A stretch of DNA of 63,997 nucleotides, the filler included, from Octopus bimaculoides (taxonomy: Eukaryota): assembly GCF_001194135.2 (NCBI RefSeq). It is 6 parts of 6 records of this genome, joined end to end, with 100 filler letters (N's around TTAATTAATTAA, not from the genome) between each part and the next. Parts side by side here need not be neighbours in the genome. Positions count along the whole stretch, not along the records: positions 1 to 29,963 come from NC_068984.1; positions 30,064 to 47,723 come from NC_068994.1; 4 more parts are not named here. One strand, written 5' to 3'. Of the stretch, positions 26,045 through 37,816 are shown piece by piece. The position numbers and the translations under genes were made by a program. The first letter of the stretch is position 1, and every line of letters begins with the position of its first letter. The notes under the pieces were generated by a model. That model worked only from the letters and a program-made list of their open reading frames with translations, was not told where the DNA came from and did not search any database.

Positions 26045-26642
26045 TGTATGTATGTATATGTGTGTGTGTGTATGTGTGTGTGTGTTTGTGTGTGTGTATG
26101 TGTGTGTATACACGTGCTTGTTGTTCCTAAACTTGTCTTCGTCTTTCGTTTTTCTTTATATTACTATAATTACACGTTCACGGCTTTACCCCGTTTGATC
26201 CTGTCTGACTGAACTTCCTACTCTCTTGGACTTGCATCTTAACTACTTCCCGAACTTTCAGTACCTCTCTTCATCCACATACCAGCAATCCACCCGGATT
26301 ACCACTGGATCTTCGTACTCTTTTGGGCTCTACCTTCACGGATCTCACTGACTATTTTCGTTGATTCAAAACGCTCTAATCTACCACGACTTTTGAACTT
26401 TCTGAACTTTCTGAACTTTTAAACTCCTCATCTCGCCATGTTGAACCGCTGAACTCTACAGAGTTTTTCTCTCTCCATGTTTTTTCATTCTCTCTTCATT
26501 TTTTTCCTCTTATTCCTTTCTGTCGAAGAGCGTAAACTCGAAACGTAAAATACTTTTCCATTTTACCCCGAGCGTTAAGCTTGTTGTTCCTACGCCTGTC
26601 TCTGTCTTTCGTTTTTCTGTAAATTTGAACCAGACAGACAGA

Positions 26643-26690
<48 letters not shown>

Positions 26691-27318
26691 TACATGTATA
26701 TGTGTGTATATGTATGTAAGTATATGTGTATGTATGCATACATATATATATATATATATGTATACATGTACATATAAAAATATGTATGTATGTATGTGTG
26801 TATATATATATATATATATGTACACGACGAGTTTCTTTCAGTTTCCGTCTTCCAAATTCGCTAACAAGGCTTTGGTTGCCCCAGGCTATAACAGAAGACA
26901 CTTACCCGAGGTGCCATGCAATAGGGCTGAAGAAGAAACCGTATCATTTATAAGCAAGCTTCTTACCACAAAGACATACCTGCGCCTATACATATATACA
27001 TATATGTGTGTGAACGTTCGTGTGGGTGCGTGCACGTGCGCACACAAATACAAAAACGTATATAAATAGATATAAATACAGATCGAGGTGGCTGGATTGA
27101 CGAGTTAAGACAGGTGAGAATCGTGCTTTTGTTAAGTGCTGCTGTTGGTGGTGGGGCTCGTGTTTTTTGCTCGTTCTTTCTGTGTCACTGTATTTAGGTG
27201 AACTGACACACATCCGTATATATAATTACGTGCACATATACACACATATAAATACCTATACATATCTACATACACACACAGACCAAATACACATACCACA
27301 CACACACACACACACATA

Positions 27319-28206
27319 TGAGGTCTGATCAATAATTATCCGGGCTGTTGCCATAGTAACAAGGCTAAAGCACGCAGAGTGACGCCGCTTGGCAAAGATT
27401 AACCTTGAACTCTGTTATGCATGCGTACTAAGTTTTAACGTTTTAGCTCACTTCTGCTGTTTACAGCAGTGCTTGGAATCATGGTGTGTAGCGTGTGGTC
27501 ATCGCATTGACCATGAAAGAGAAAGTTGTCATGGCGATACCTGCCCAGAGGCCTACACAAAGTTGCAGAAAGTGTATGGAGAGGAGTGTATGAGCCACGC
27601 ACAAGTGTACGAGTGTTTCAGACGTTTCCAAGATGACCGAAAAAATGTTGATATTGACGAACGTTCTGGGAGACCCGCAACCAGCAGAATTGAGAAAAAC
27701 ATCGCAGATGTGAATACATCTGTAAGAAATTGTCGAATCATCATCCGTGAGTTATCAGAGGATGTGCAGATTAGTTACGGTTCAGTTCAGTATCACTGAA
27801 GATTTGGGTATGAGACGCGTGTCTGTCAAGCTTGTGCCAAAATTGCTTTCAGCTGACCAAAAAGGGACTCGGGTATCAGCTGCACAAGATCTCCTTAATT
27901 TTGACAAGAACGATGAAAACTTTTTGAAAACCTTGCGTAGGCCTGTAAACAGGAATCGCCAAGCTTTTGGCAAAATTTGATGCAGATTCTCCGCTCAACT
28001 GTCTCTCTCATAGTCAATGCGACAATCACACGCCACACACCTTCCTTCCAAGCACTGCAGCAAGCAGTGAAAGTGAGCTAGAACGTTAAAACTTAGTGCG
28101 CATGAACAACAGGTTTCAAGGTCAATCTGTCCAAAGCGGCTTCAGTCTGGGTGCTTTAACTTCATTACTATACTTAGTGATCCGGATACTTATTGATCAG
28201 ACCAAC
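27319..28206. mobile_element. Non-autonomous mariner derivative made of two inverted 5' ends (fold-back)
   Basis: Ends ggtctgatcaataa(t/g)tatccgg with flanking TA. Left arm encodes the transposase N-terminus (WVPHxL-like LVPKLL, HTH, ERSGRP). Right arm on the minus strand encodes MRETVERRICIKFCQKLGDSCLQAYA. No DDD catalytic domain. Confidence 0.8.
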
Positions 28207-28216
28207 TATATGTATG

Positions 28217-28308
<92 letters not shown>

Positions 28309-28394
28309 TAGATAGATTTATATATATATANNNNNNNNNNNNNNNNNNNNNNNNNNNNNNNNNNNNNNNNNNNNNNNNNNNNNNNNNNNNNNNN

Positions 28395-28438
<44 letters not shown>

Positions 28439-28679
28439 AGAGAGTGGGAGAGTAAAATCTATTTGCCAGCGTATTTAACATACTTCAAAGCAAGCCGACG
28501 CAGATTGAACGTTAAAGATAAATATCGATATTTCGCTGTTACCTCAGCTCATCAATGTCACAGGTATATTGGTAGATAGTTGCATACGTACATGGATGTA
28601 TACATAATACATACATATAGACATAGATATATACATATATACGTACATATATAAGATCAAGGTAAGGTCATGATAAGAT

Positions 28680-29940
28680 CATGGTAAGATCAAGGATAAG
28701 TGACTTCCTGGAGACCCACAAACTCCTAAATGCAAACCAGCATGGCTTTCGGTGTGGCAGGGACTGTCTAACACAGCTCTTACACCACTTAAAGCCTTGG
28801 GAACAGGTTCGAACGCTGATGTCATATATCTTGACTTCAGTAAAGCATTCGACAGGGTTGACCATAATATCTTACTCACAAAATTGGCAAATGTTGGAAT
28901 CCGTGGAAAACTTCTACACTGGATTAAGTATTTCCTGGAGAATAGGACACAAGAAGTTGTGGTCGATGGAGTCCACTCAAGCCCAGCAAAAGTCACCAGT
29001 GGTGTCCCTCAGGGGACTGTCTTGGGCCCGCTTCTCTTTATAATTTATATAAATGACCTTTCCAGCGTCGTAAATCCCTGCAAAGTGAAAAATATTTGCT
29101 GATGACACTAAGCTCCAGCAAATCATCAATGAAGAGGAAGACCGAACCCAACTCCAGTCTGATCTATATACTGTGAGTCAATGGGCAGACAAAAACAAAA
29201 TGAAACTGAACGAGGGAAAATTTGAGCTGATGCATTTTGGAAGAAAGTCTATACTAAAATAGCCATACTCTTTTCCTTCAGGGGAACCGCTCACGGCATC
29301 CAATATCAGATATCTGGGTGTAATTGTTGACAACAATCTCAACTGGAGTGCCCACATCAACAATAAGGTCAATATAGCTCGTAAGATGAGCACCTGGATC
29401 TTAAGAACCTTCCGGTCCAGAGAACAAGGTGTCATCATTCCACTCTTCTCCTCCTTTGTACGGCCACATCTCGAATACAGCTGCCCCTTGTGGTCTCCTC
29501 ATACAAAGCAAAACATCTCGAGGATTGAATCACCCCAGAGGGTACTCACCAAACGAATTGAAGGCATGACTGATCTTGATTACTGGGATTGTCTTAAAGC
29601 CTTGAAGCTCTACTCTCTCCAGCGCCGCCACGAACAGTACATCATTTGTACGATGTGGAAAATATACCGCCAGCATTACCTAAACGACCTGAACATTAGT
29701 TTCAAGGTTCATCCAAGGCTGGGACCACGAGCCATACGTCCCCTGCTCAATTCAGGATCACAACATATAGGTACACTGCGGCATAATTTCTTTTCCTCAA
29801 CAGGCCCTGCCCTGTTTAACATTGTCTCGAAACAGATAAAAGAGGAAAAGGATCCTATCAGCTTTAAACGGAATACCAGACAAGCTACCCATACCTGGAT
29901 ACAACTCACTCAATAAGAACTCACTACTTGAATGGACCAT
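28680..29940 (+). mobile_element. CR1-clade LINE ORF2 RT and 3' region, frameshifted
   Basis: NQHGFR; YLDFSKAFDRVDH; SGVPQGTVLGPLLFIIYINDL; ADDTKL across a frameshift; FVRPHLEYSCPLWSPH; LKLYSLQRR. Confidence 0.93.
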
Positions 29941-30007
29941 AAACAAATCTTGACTGTAAAAAGNNNNNNNNNNNNNNNNNNNNNNNNNNNNNNNNNNNNN
30001 NNNNNNN

Positions 30008-30019
30008 TTAATTAATTAA
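30008..30019. other. Artificial scaffold-join linker TTAATTAATTAA (44N-12-44N)
   Basis: Palindromic 12-mer with stops in all six frames, centred in exactly 100 bp. Confidence 0.97.
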
Positions 30020-30169
30020 NNNNNNNNNNNNNNNNNNNNNNNNNNNNNNNNNNNNNNNNNNNNTTAATGTAGATTTTATATTTAATTCCACCACCACCAC
30101 CACCAACCACCACCACTCCATGTAATAATGACTGACATATTTAGCAAAACCCCAGTCAACATGTACATC

Positions 30170-30430
30170 TTATGTGGTGGTTGTAATGGTGACGGTGGTT
30201 GTGATGGTGGTGGTGGTGGTGGTGGTGGTAGTAGTTGTAATGGTGGTGGTGGTGGTAGTTGTAATGGTGATGGTGGTTGTGACGGTGGTAGTGGTGGTGA
30301 TGGTGGTGGTGGTGGTGATGATGATGATGACGGTGGTGGTGATGGTGGTGGTGGTAGTTGTAATGGTGACGGTGGTAGTTGTAATGGTGGCGGTGGTTGT
30401 GATGGTGGTGGTGGTGGTGGTGATAGTCTT
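30170..30430. repeat. Compound (GGT/GAT/TGT)n trinucleotide tract
   Basis: Low complexity; source of spurious poly-G/V/H/P ORFs. Confidence 0.9.
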
Positions 30431-30727
30431 GGTGGTTTGCTAAGTGTGCAGTGGGACGGTAGTGATGCATGATCAGTTATGTAGCATGGGGTTGCGCAAG
30501 CAGTGTAGGGGTTGCGCAGGCAGTGTAGTTTGTATTTAGCGAGAGAAGTGAGAGAAGAAAAGCTCAATGTATTTTGAGATCAACACTTAACACTATATTT
30601 AGGTTGGAATACTTTATGGAAATCGAGTTGTCAACACTTCAAATAATTACATGATTACTTATAAACATATATATAGATACATTAATCATTTACACACACA
30701 AAGCCCTTGGCATTCAAGCAAGCACTA

Positions 30728-30761
<34 letters not shown>

Positions 30762-30775
30762 TTATATGTGTGTGT

Positions 30776-30808
<33 letters not shown>

Positions 30809-30831
30809 CATCTGTTAAAGTCTGTCATACC

Positions 30832-30871
30832 GGCCATGACGAAGGGAAATAGCCCTGAAACTCAAGTCGCC
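30832..30871 (+). ncRNA. Minimal hammerhead-like motif with one-base core insertion
   Basis: ggc-C(a)TGACGA-aggg-aaatag-ccct-GAAA-c-tcaa-GTC-gcc. Confidence 0.45.
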
Positions 30872-31201
30872 TTTATATATATATATATTTATATTCATAT
30901 ATTTATATATTTGATCCTTTATATTGAACACTCAATATTTCATCTACATTCAATACTTTCTTTCATGGTGCCATCCATTTTTATTTTATTTTATTTTATA
31001 TTGTATATTGTATATCATATTATATATTGTATATTCCATATTCTATACCCCACATTAGTTCTGCAGGAATATAAATAAAACATAAAAAACAGACAGTGTT
31101 GGAACTCTTTTAAGCAAAATAATATAATATACATACACACACATATCATCATCATCATCGAAAGCGGTCATTAAACGACGATGATGATATGTGTGTGTAT
31201 G

Positions 31202-31252
<51 letters not shown>

Positions 31253-31796
31253 NNNNNNNNNNNNNNNNNNNNNNNNNNNNNNNNNNNNNNNNNNNNNNNN
31301 NNNNNNNNNNNNNNNNNNNNNNNNNNNNNNNNNNNNNNNNNNNNNNNNNNNNNNNNNNNNNNNNNNNNNNNNNNNNNNNNNNNNNNNNNNNNNNNNNNNN
31401 NNNNNNNNNNNNNNNNNNNNNNNNNNNNNNNNNNNNNNNNNNNNNNNNNNNNNNNNNNNNNNNNNNNNNNNNNNNNNNNNNNNNNNNNNNNNNNNNNNNN
31501 NNNNNNNNNNNNNNNNNNNNNNNNNNNNNNNNNNNNNNNNNNNNNNNNNNNNNNNNNNNNNNNNNNNNNNNNNNNNNNNNNNNNNNNNNNNNNNNNNNNN
31601 NNNNNNNNNNNNNNNNNNNNNNNNNNNNNNNNNNNNNNNNNNNNNNNNNNNNNNNNNNNNNNNNNNNNNNNNNNNNNNNNNNNNNNNNNNNNNNNNNNNN
31701 NNNNNNNNNNNNNNNNNNNNNNNNNNNNNNNNNNNNNNNNNNNNNNNNNNNNNNNNNNNNNNNNNNNNNNNNNNNNNNNNNNNNNNNNNNNNNNNN

Positions 31797-31828
<32 letters not shown>

Positions 31829-32582
31829 ACCATTCAGAAACCCAACAATATCTGTTTCAACACACCATTTCACATCAGGAACCTCCTTACAAAACAAATT
31901 CATAAACGTAATTCTCTAAGAATCCATAAGCCAGAAAAATATACACTCGTATATTTGTTGACAGAATGGGTATATATTCATCGAAGTCATCATCATCATC
32001 ATCGTTTAATGTCCACTTTCCATGCTGGCATGGGTTGGACGGTTTGACTGAGGAGTGGCAAGCCAGAAGGCTGCACACATAGGCTCCAATCCGATCTGGC
32101 AGAGTTTCTACAGCTGGATGCCCTTCAAAGTGAACAGTATATACAAGGAAGTAATCAACAGAACACTTACAGAATAGAAGACACTTGCCCAAGGTGCCAC
32201 CCATTGGAACATGACCCGGGACAAGGCAATTGTGAAACAAAACTTCCGGGCCATGAATGCTGTGCCTGCACGTAAATGATGTATAGGCATGGCCCTCTGG
32301 TTAAGAAGTTCTAGCATGCATAAACAAACACACATGTGCACAAACACATGTAGTTATGTATGTATGTGTACGTCCACATGTTTATGCATGCACACCACAC
32401 CCCATGACAAGAGCTTATTCCCATGTAACAGGTAGAGAGAGGAGGGGTACTGTTTATAGCTGGTACATGTTGGGGGGGATAGAAGGGCAGCAGGTGATAT
32501 AGGAGAGAAGAAATAGGTTAATGGGAAAGAGGAAATAAGAGTGAATGCCAAGTAACCAATGGCAAAGAAAGATGGGAGGGCG

Positions 32583-32622
<40 letters not shown>

Positions 32623-32639
32623 CTGAGAGAAACTAAGAC

Positions 32640-32745
<106 letters not shown>

Positions 32746-33236
32746 TGTGTCTGTGTGTGGAGAAGAAGAGAGGAAATAATAAAAGATAGGGGACTATCAG
32801 AAAAATAAAGGAGAAAATATTGAACAGGATGTTTGCTTAAAGAATGGTTAAAAGGTGTGGTTAAAAGGAAAGTGATGAGATGAGGCAAAAAAACTGAAAT
32901 AGGGGATGGCAGGGAGGTGACAATGGTAGTGGAGAGGCAACTTGGTGGTGGTGGGGAGGAGGGAAAAGTAAAATAGTAGAAGAGGGGAGGGGATGGCTGT
33001 TCTGTCCCAGTCTCCTCTCCCACCCCATCTCACAATGTCCTAGATAGATATGTTCAAAGAGCACATGAATATTACTCACAAATAGCAGTCCCTTCAGAGA
33101 GATGCCCGACCTTGTTTTTGTAACAACCCTAAAAGCCCACAAGGGAAACCTCTACGTAGTCAGTCAATCTGCTAAAAAGAGTAGTGAAAAACCTCTCAAA
33201 TCACACCATACTGTCTTCAAATAGCAAAAGACATAC

Positions 33237-33640
33237 GGGCCATGTGCAGAGGGCACAGCGGGCCATGTGCAGAGGGCACACCGGCCATGTGGAGAGGGCA
33301 CACCAGCCATGTGGAGAGGGCACACTGGATGAGTGCAGGGCACACCAGACAAACACAGGGAACAGTGGATGAGTGGGGAACACCAGTCAGATACAGAGAA
33401 CACCAGATAAGTGCTGGGAACACCAGAGAAGTGCTGGGAACACCATAGAAGTGCTGGGAAGACTGGACAAGAGAGTGGGGACATTGCCTGAGGATAAAGG
33501 ACACCAGACAAGTACAGGATACAACAAATAAACACTGTGGACTCTGGAGGAAAGCAAAGGGCACCAGGTGGGTGCAGATAACACTAAACAAGTGCAAGGA
33601 AACCAGAGAAATGAGAAGACACCAGAGGCCAAATAGAGGA
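33237..33640. repeat. ~22-bp minisatellite (ggccatgtgcagagggcacacc) grading into degenerate gggaacaccag-type units
   Basis: Four near-identical units at 33237-33327, then diverging 20-22-bp units. Confidence 0.8.
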
Positions 33641-33844
33641 GGGGTCACCAGTTCCTATAAGAAGTGATTTCTACAGTGCCACAGAGAGCCCAAATGTTAA
33701 AGGAAATGGATTCACACAATGTTGTATAATATAGTTTAATAATGTGCAATATAGTATAACATTATGTACTACAGTATAACAGTGTAATACAGCATACCTG
33801 TAATAGAGTATAAAATTGTCAAACATACAATAATATGTAATATA

Positions 33845-33970
33845 CAGGGTGTCCACAAGGTCTGGGTGCATGGAGTAAATAAAATCACAGCATAAACAAT
33901 TAAATATAAGGAATAATAATTTCTTAAAGTATGTGTTAATCCCATGTACCCAGACTTTGTGGACACTCTG
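33845..33970. mobile_element. 126-bp Tc1/mariner-type MITE
   Basis: 29-bp TIRs CAGGGTGTCCACAAGGTCTGGGTGCATGG vs CAGAGTGTCCACAAAGTCTGGGTACATGG (3 mismatches); TA at 33843-44 and 33971-72. Confidence 0.88.
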
Positions 33971-33984
33971 TAGTATAATACTGA

Positions 33985-34195
33985 TTTCAAATTTTGGCAC
34001 AGGGCCAGCAATTTTGGGGGGCAGGGTGGTTAAGTCAATTACATCAACCCCAGTGCTCAACTGGTCCTTGTTTTATCAACCCCAGAAGGATGAAAGATAA
34101 AGATGACCTTGGTGAAATTTTGAACTCCGAACATTAAGACAGATGAAACAGGGCCAAGCACTTTTGCCCAGCATGCTAACGATTCTGCCAGCTTG
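33985..34195 (-). mobile_element. Family B SINE
   Basis: Reverse complement of the family B unit (...gctaacgattctgccagct). Confidence 0.75.
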
Positions 34196-34474
34196 CAGTA
34201 TGATATTGCATATATTTCAGTACACAGCCTTATACTATATTGCTTAACATACTTGGCTACACAAGACTACCATATAGAGAGAGCTATGCAGCCTAATGGT
34301 CATGCAGCACAGTTGCTACACAGCATAGCATTGTGCAACAAACGCTGTGTACCATAGATTTGCATAGTGGTGCATTATCTAGCATATCGTAGTGTAATAT
34401 AGGTCGGTGTAGGATATAGAATTGTACAGTACAGCATTGATTAGTATAGTGTATATAAAAGTGTGTAGAAAACT

Positions 34475-34780
34475 GTAGGAGTGGCTGTGTGGTAAGTAGC
34501 TTGCTTACCAACCACATGGTTCTGGGTTCATTCCCACTGTGTGGTACCTTGGGCAAGTGTCTTCTACTATAGCCTCGGGCCGACCAAAGCCTTGTGAGTG
34601 GATTTGGCAGACGAAAACTGAAAGAAGCCCGTCGTATATATATGTATACATATATGTGTGTGTGTGTCTGTGTTTGTCCTCCCAACATCGCTCGACAAGG
34701 TCCCACGCAGTGGGACTGAACCCAGAACCATGTGGTTGGTAAGCAAACTACTTACCACACAGCCACCCCTGCGCCTATAG
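34475..34780. mobile_element. Family A SINE followed by an inverted copy of its own head
   Basis: 34481-34544 and 34703-34766 are 64-bp inverted repeats with 3 mismatches. Confidence 0.85.
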
Positions 34781-34811
34781 TGACAATCATTTTACAACTA
34801 TCACGCAATGT

Positions 34812-34854
<43 letters not shown>

Positions 34855-35224
34855 CTTCTTGTAGTTTCTGTCAACTAAATCCACGCACAAGGATTGGGTT
34901 GGCCCATGACTATGGTAGAGAACACTTGCCTAAGATGTCATGCAGTGAAACTGAACCTAGCACCACGTGGTTGGGAAGCAAACTTCTTACCACACAGCCA
35001 TGCCTAAGCCTATTGTCAAATTGCAGTACATTTCACTCCCATGTTCAGGGTTCAAATCCAGTCAGAGTTGGCTTCTCATCCAATATTGTTTCTAATAAGG
35101 AACAAGACCAAAAGTCTTGGAAAGAAGAGGTTAGTTGATTAAATCAACTATCAATTCTACTATGGTCTCTGGCTAACCAATGCCTTGAGTGAATTTAATA
35201 GATGAAAACTGTGTGGAAGCATAC

Positions 35225-35279
<55 letters not shown>

Positions 35280-35741
35280 NNNNNNNNNNNNNNNNNNNNN
35301 NNNNNNNNNNNNNNNNNNNNNNNNNNNNNNNNNNNNNNNNNNNNNNNNNNNNNNNNNNNNNNNNNNNNNNNNNNNNNNNNNNNNNNNNNNNNNNNNNNNN
35401 NNNNNNNNNNNNNNNNNNNNNNNNNNNNNNNNNNNNNNNNNNNNNNNNNNNNNNNNNNNNNNNNNNNNNNNNNNNNNNNNNNNNNNNNNNNNNNNNNNNN
35501 NNNNNNNNNNNNNNNNNNNNNNNNNNNNNNNNNNNNNNNNNNNNNNNNNNNNNNNNNNNNNNNNNNNNNNNNNNNNNNNNNNNNNNNNNNNNNNNNNNNN
35601 NNNNNNNNNNNNNNNNNNNNNNNNNNNNNNNNNNNNNNNNNNNNNNNNNNNNNNNNNNNNNNNNNNNNNNNNNNNNNNNNNNNNNNNNNNNNNNNNNNNN
35701 NNNNNNNNNNNNNNNNNNNNNNNNNNNNNNNNNNNNNNNNN

Positions 35742-35804
<63 letters not shown>

Positions 35805-36814
35805 CACACACATACATACATACACACACACACATATTGATTCACTTAGAACACACTGAAGCACTATATACAATCTTCATCATCATCAGCAGCAGCATTA
35901 GTACAATCCAGAAACACACTCGAACATTTGATGACTGATGCGGATGCAGACAAGAGTGGGAAGAGGAAGAATTCTGTAAATCTGGATTAGTAAATATAGA
36001 TTTAGATTAGTGACGAGTCAGCTATTAATTCACAACACAGACACAAAATACCAATTAGGAAAATATATATAGCAACATCCTACAGTCTGGTCAATACAGT
36101 GATTTTATTTTCATATATATACAAATATATATATAGACACACACTTGTATACATACACATATATATCATTGTATCGACCAGACTATTGGAGAAGCACGCC
36201 AACATTCCCCATGGACAGAACATCAGTCTGTAGCAGGGTTAGCTCTTTGGAGTTGAGCAGAGACAAAGCAAAATGAAGACTTTTACTCAAAGATCATAGG
36301 ACAATGCTGGTGCCGCGTAAAAAGCACCCAGTCCTCACGAAACTGGTTGCATCTGGAAAGGCATCCAGCTGTAAAAACCATGCCAAAACTGACCTCGCCT
36401 GAGCTGGTGCCACATAAGCATTCAGTCCATTCTGCAGGGTGGTTGGTGTTTGGAAGAGCATCCCAGCTGTAAAAACCATGCCAAATCAGATACTGAAGCC
36501 TGGTGCAGTGTTCTACTTAGCCAGCTCCTGTCAAACGTCCAACCCATGCCAGCATGAAAAGCAGACATTAAATGAGACAGACAGACTGGTAAACAGACAT
36601 GAGAAGAGTGTTGCAGTTTGCTTGAAGCATTGTAGTACAGAAGTAAAAGATAAATGAAATGAGAGAAAAAGTTTTTAAAAAACCTTTTAAATTTTCTGCG
36701 TTGTTAGAAGCTTTCATTAGTTCTCTTCATTCATGTTCTACCCACACACATGGGTGTGTATTTTATTCATTTATGTTTCAGCCCCGAGGCTGCGACCATG
36801 CTGGGGCACCACCA

Positions 36815-37095
36815 GTGTAATCACCTTTTAATTGGCCAATTCTATGTGATTAGCTTTTGGTGAAGGAGGGAGTTCGATACTACCTCCCTCTTGAGTTTCC
36901 TGCCTTGATATTAGTTCACCTGGGATCTTGGATAGCAAGAGGTCAAGTTGTTTCTTGAAAACATCTACCCACACTCCATGGAGATCCCTCAGATGTTTTG
37001 GCAAGGCATTAAATAGCTGCAGGCCCTTAAATCGCAAGCCGTTGTAGTACATGGTTCTCGCATTAGATGAGACAGCTGGGACTTTCAGAACAGTG
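36815..37095 (-). mobile_element. CR1-type LINE 3' end
   Basis: LRFKGLQLFNALPKHLRDLHGVWVDVFKKQLDLLLSKIP resembles the CR1 ORF2 C-terminus. Confidence 0.75.
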
Positions 37096-37634
37096 AAGTG
37101 ACGTCCAGTTCAAGGCCTCGTATAACTCAATTCCAAAGTTTGGTGCCAACCCCTCCAGTGTCTTCCACACATATAACACTGCATACTTCTCCCGTCTTCG
37201 ATACACACACACACACTTATTTACATTCACTTACATTCACACTCACATTCATTTACATTTACACAAAGGACGTAGGAAAATTTCAAGAATTTTATTGGCT
37301 GAGACGAAAATAAAACAGAAATTCACATACAATTTCAGCAACAAAAATGTATGAAATACTCGGTCAATATATACCCAGACACACTACATTATAACTGAAT
37401 CAGTCACTACACAATCACACTCATACAGTACCCGAACACATACACACTCCAAACATGGTCTATATGGCAGGGTTCAGCCAGTACTATAGACAGCCTTGAA
37501 GGAACCTTAATGAATATTCAAAGAAATTTATCCCTTTTCAAAAAAAACTTATGGCCCCTTTACCCATGAGGTCCTCAAATACAGTCCTGTTTAGCCTTGC
37601 AATATCTCTACTGGGGTCCTACACATCATTTTAA

Positions 37635-37816
37635 CCCTTTAGCAGTTAAACCAGTCATATCAGTCCAAAATATTCTACCTGTTTTAAGTTCAAACTGGCC
37701 AGATCCTGTCTCTCACGCCTACCCTACAATGTCATTCAGAAAATAAACAGTCATTATCGAAAAATCTCAAACATACAAGCATTTCATTTGTCAGAATAAT
37801 CTGAATGCTAAAAGGG
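37635..37816. mobile_element. piggyBac-type MITE
   Basis: TTAA|CCCTTTAGCAG ... ATGCTAAAAGGG|TCAA: TTAA-type target and CCC termini. Confidence 0.65.

Noticed and set aside
30008-30019. TTAATTAATTAA as a biological regulatory motif
   Set aside because: Always centred between exactly 44 Ns on each side; an assembly linker.
30082-30567. Gly-, Pro-, His- and Val-rich ORFs (also 52321-53127, 53527-54358, 58676-59885)
   Set aside because: Trinucleotide low-complexity tracts open in several frames and on both strands; no splice or domain support.
33080-33128. 49-bp minus-strand exon candidate (GCYKNKVGHLSEGTAI, donor gtgagt)
   Set aside because: Too short, acceptor weak and next to a SINE tail, no partner exon found.
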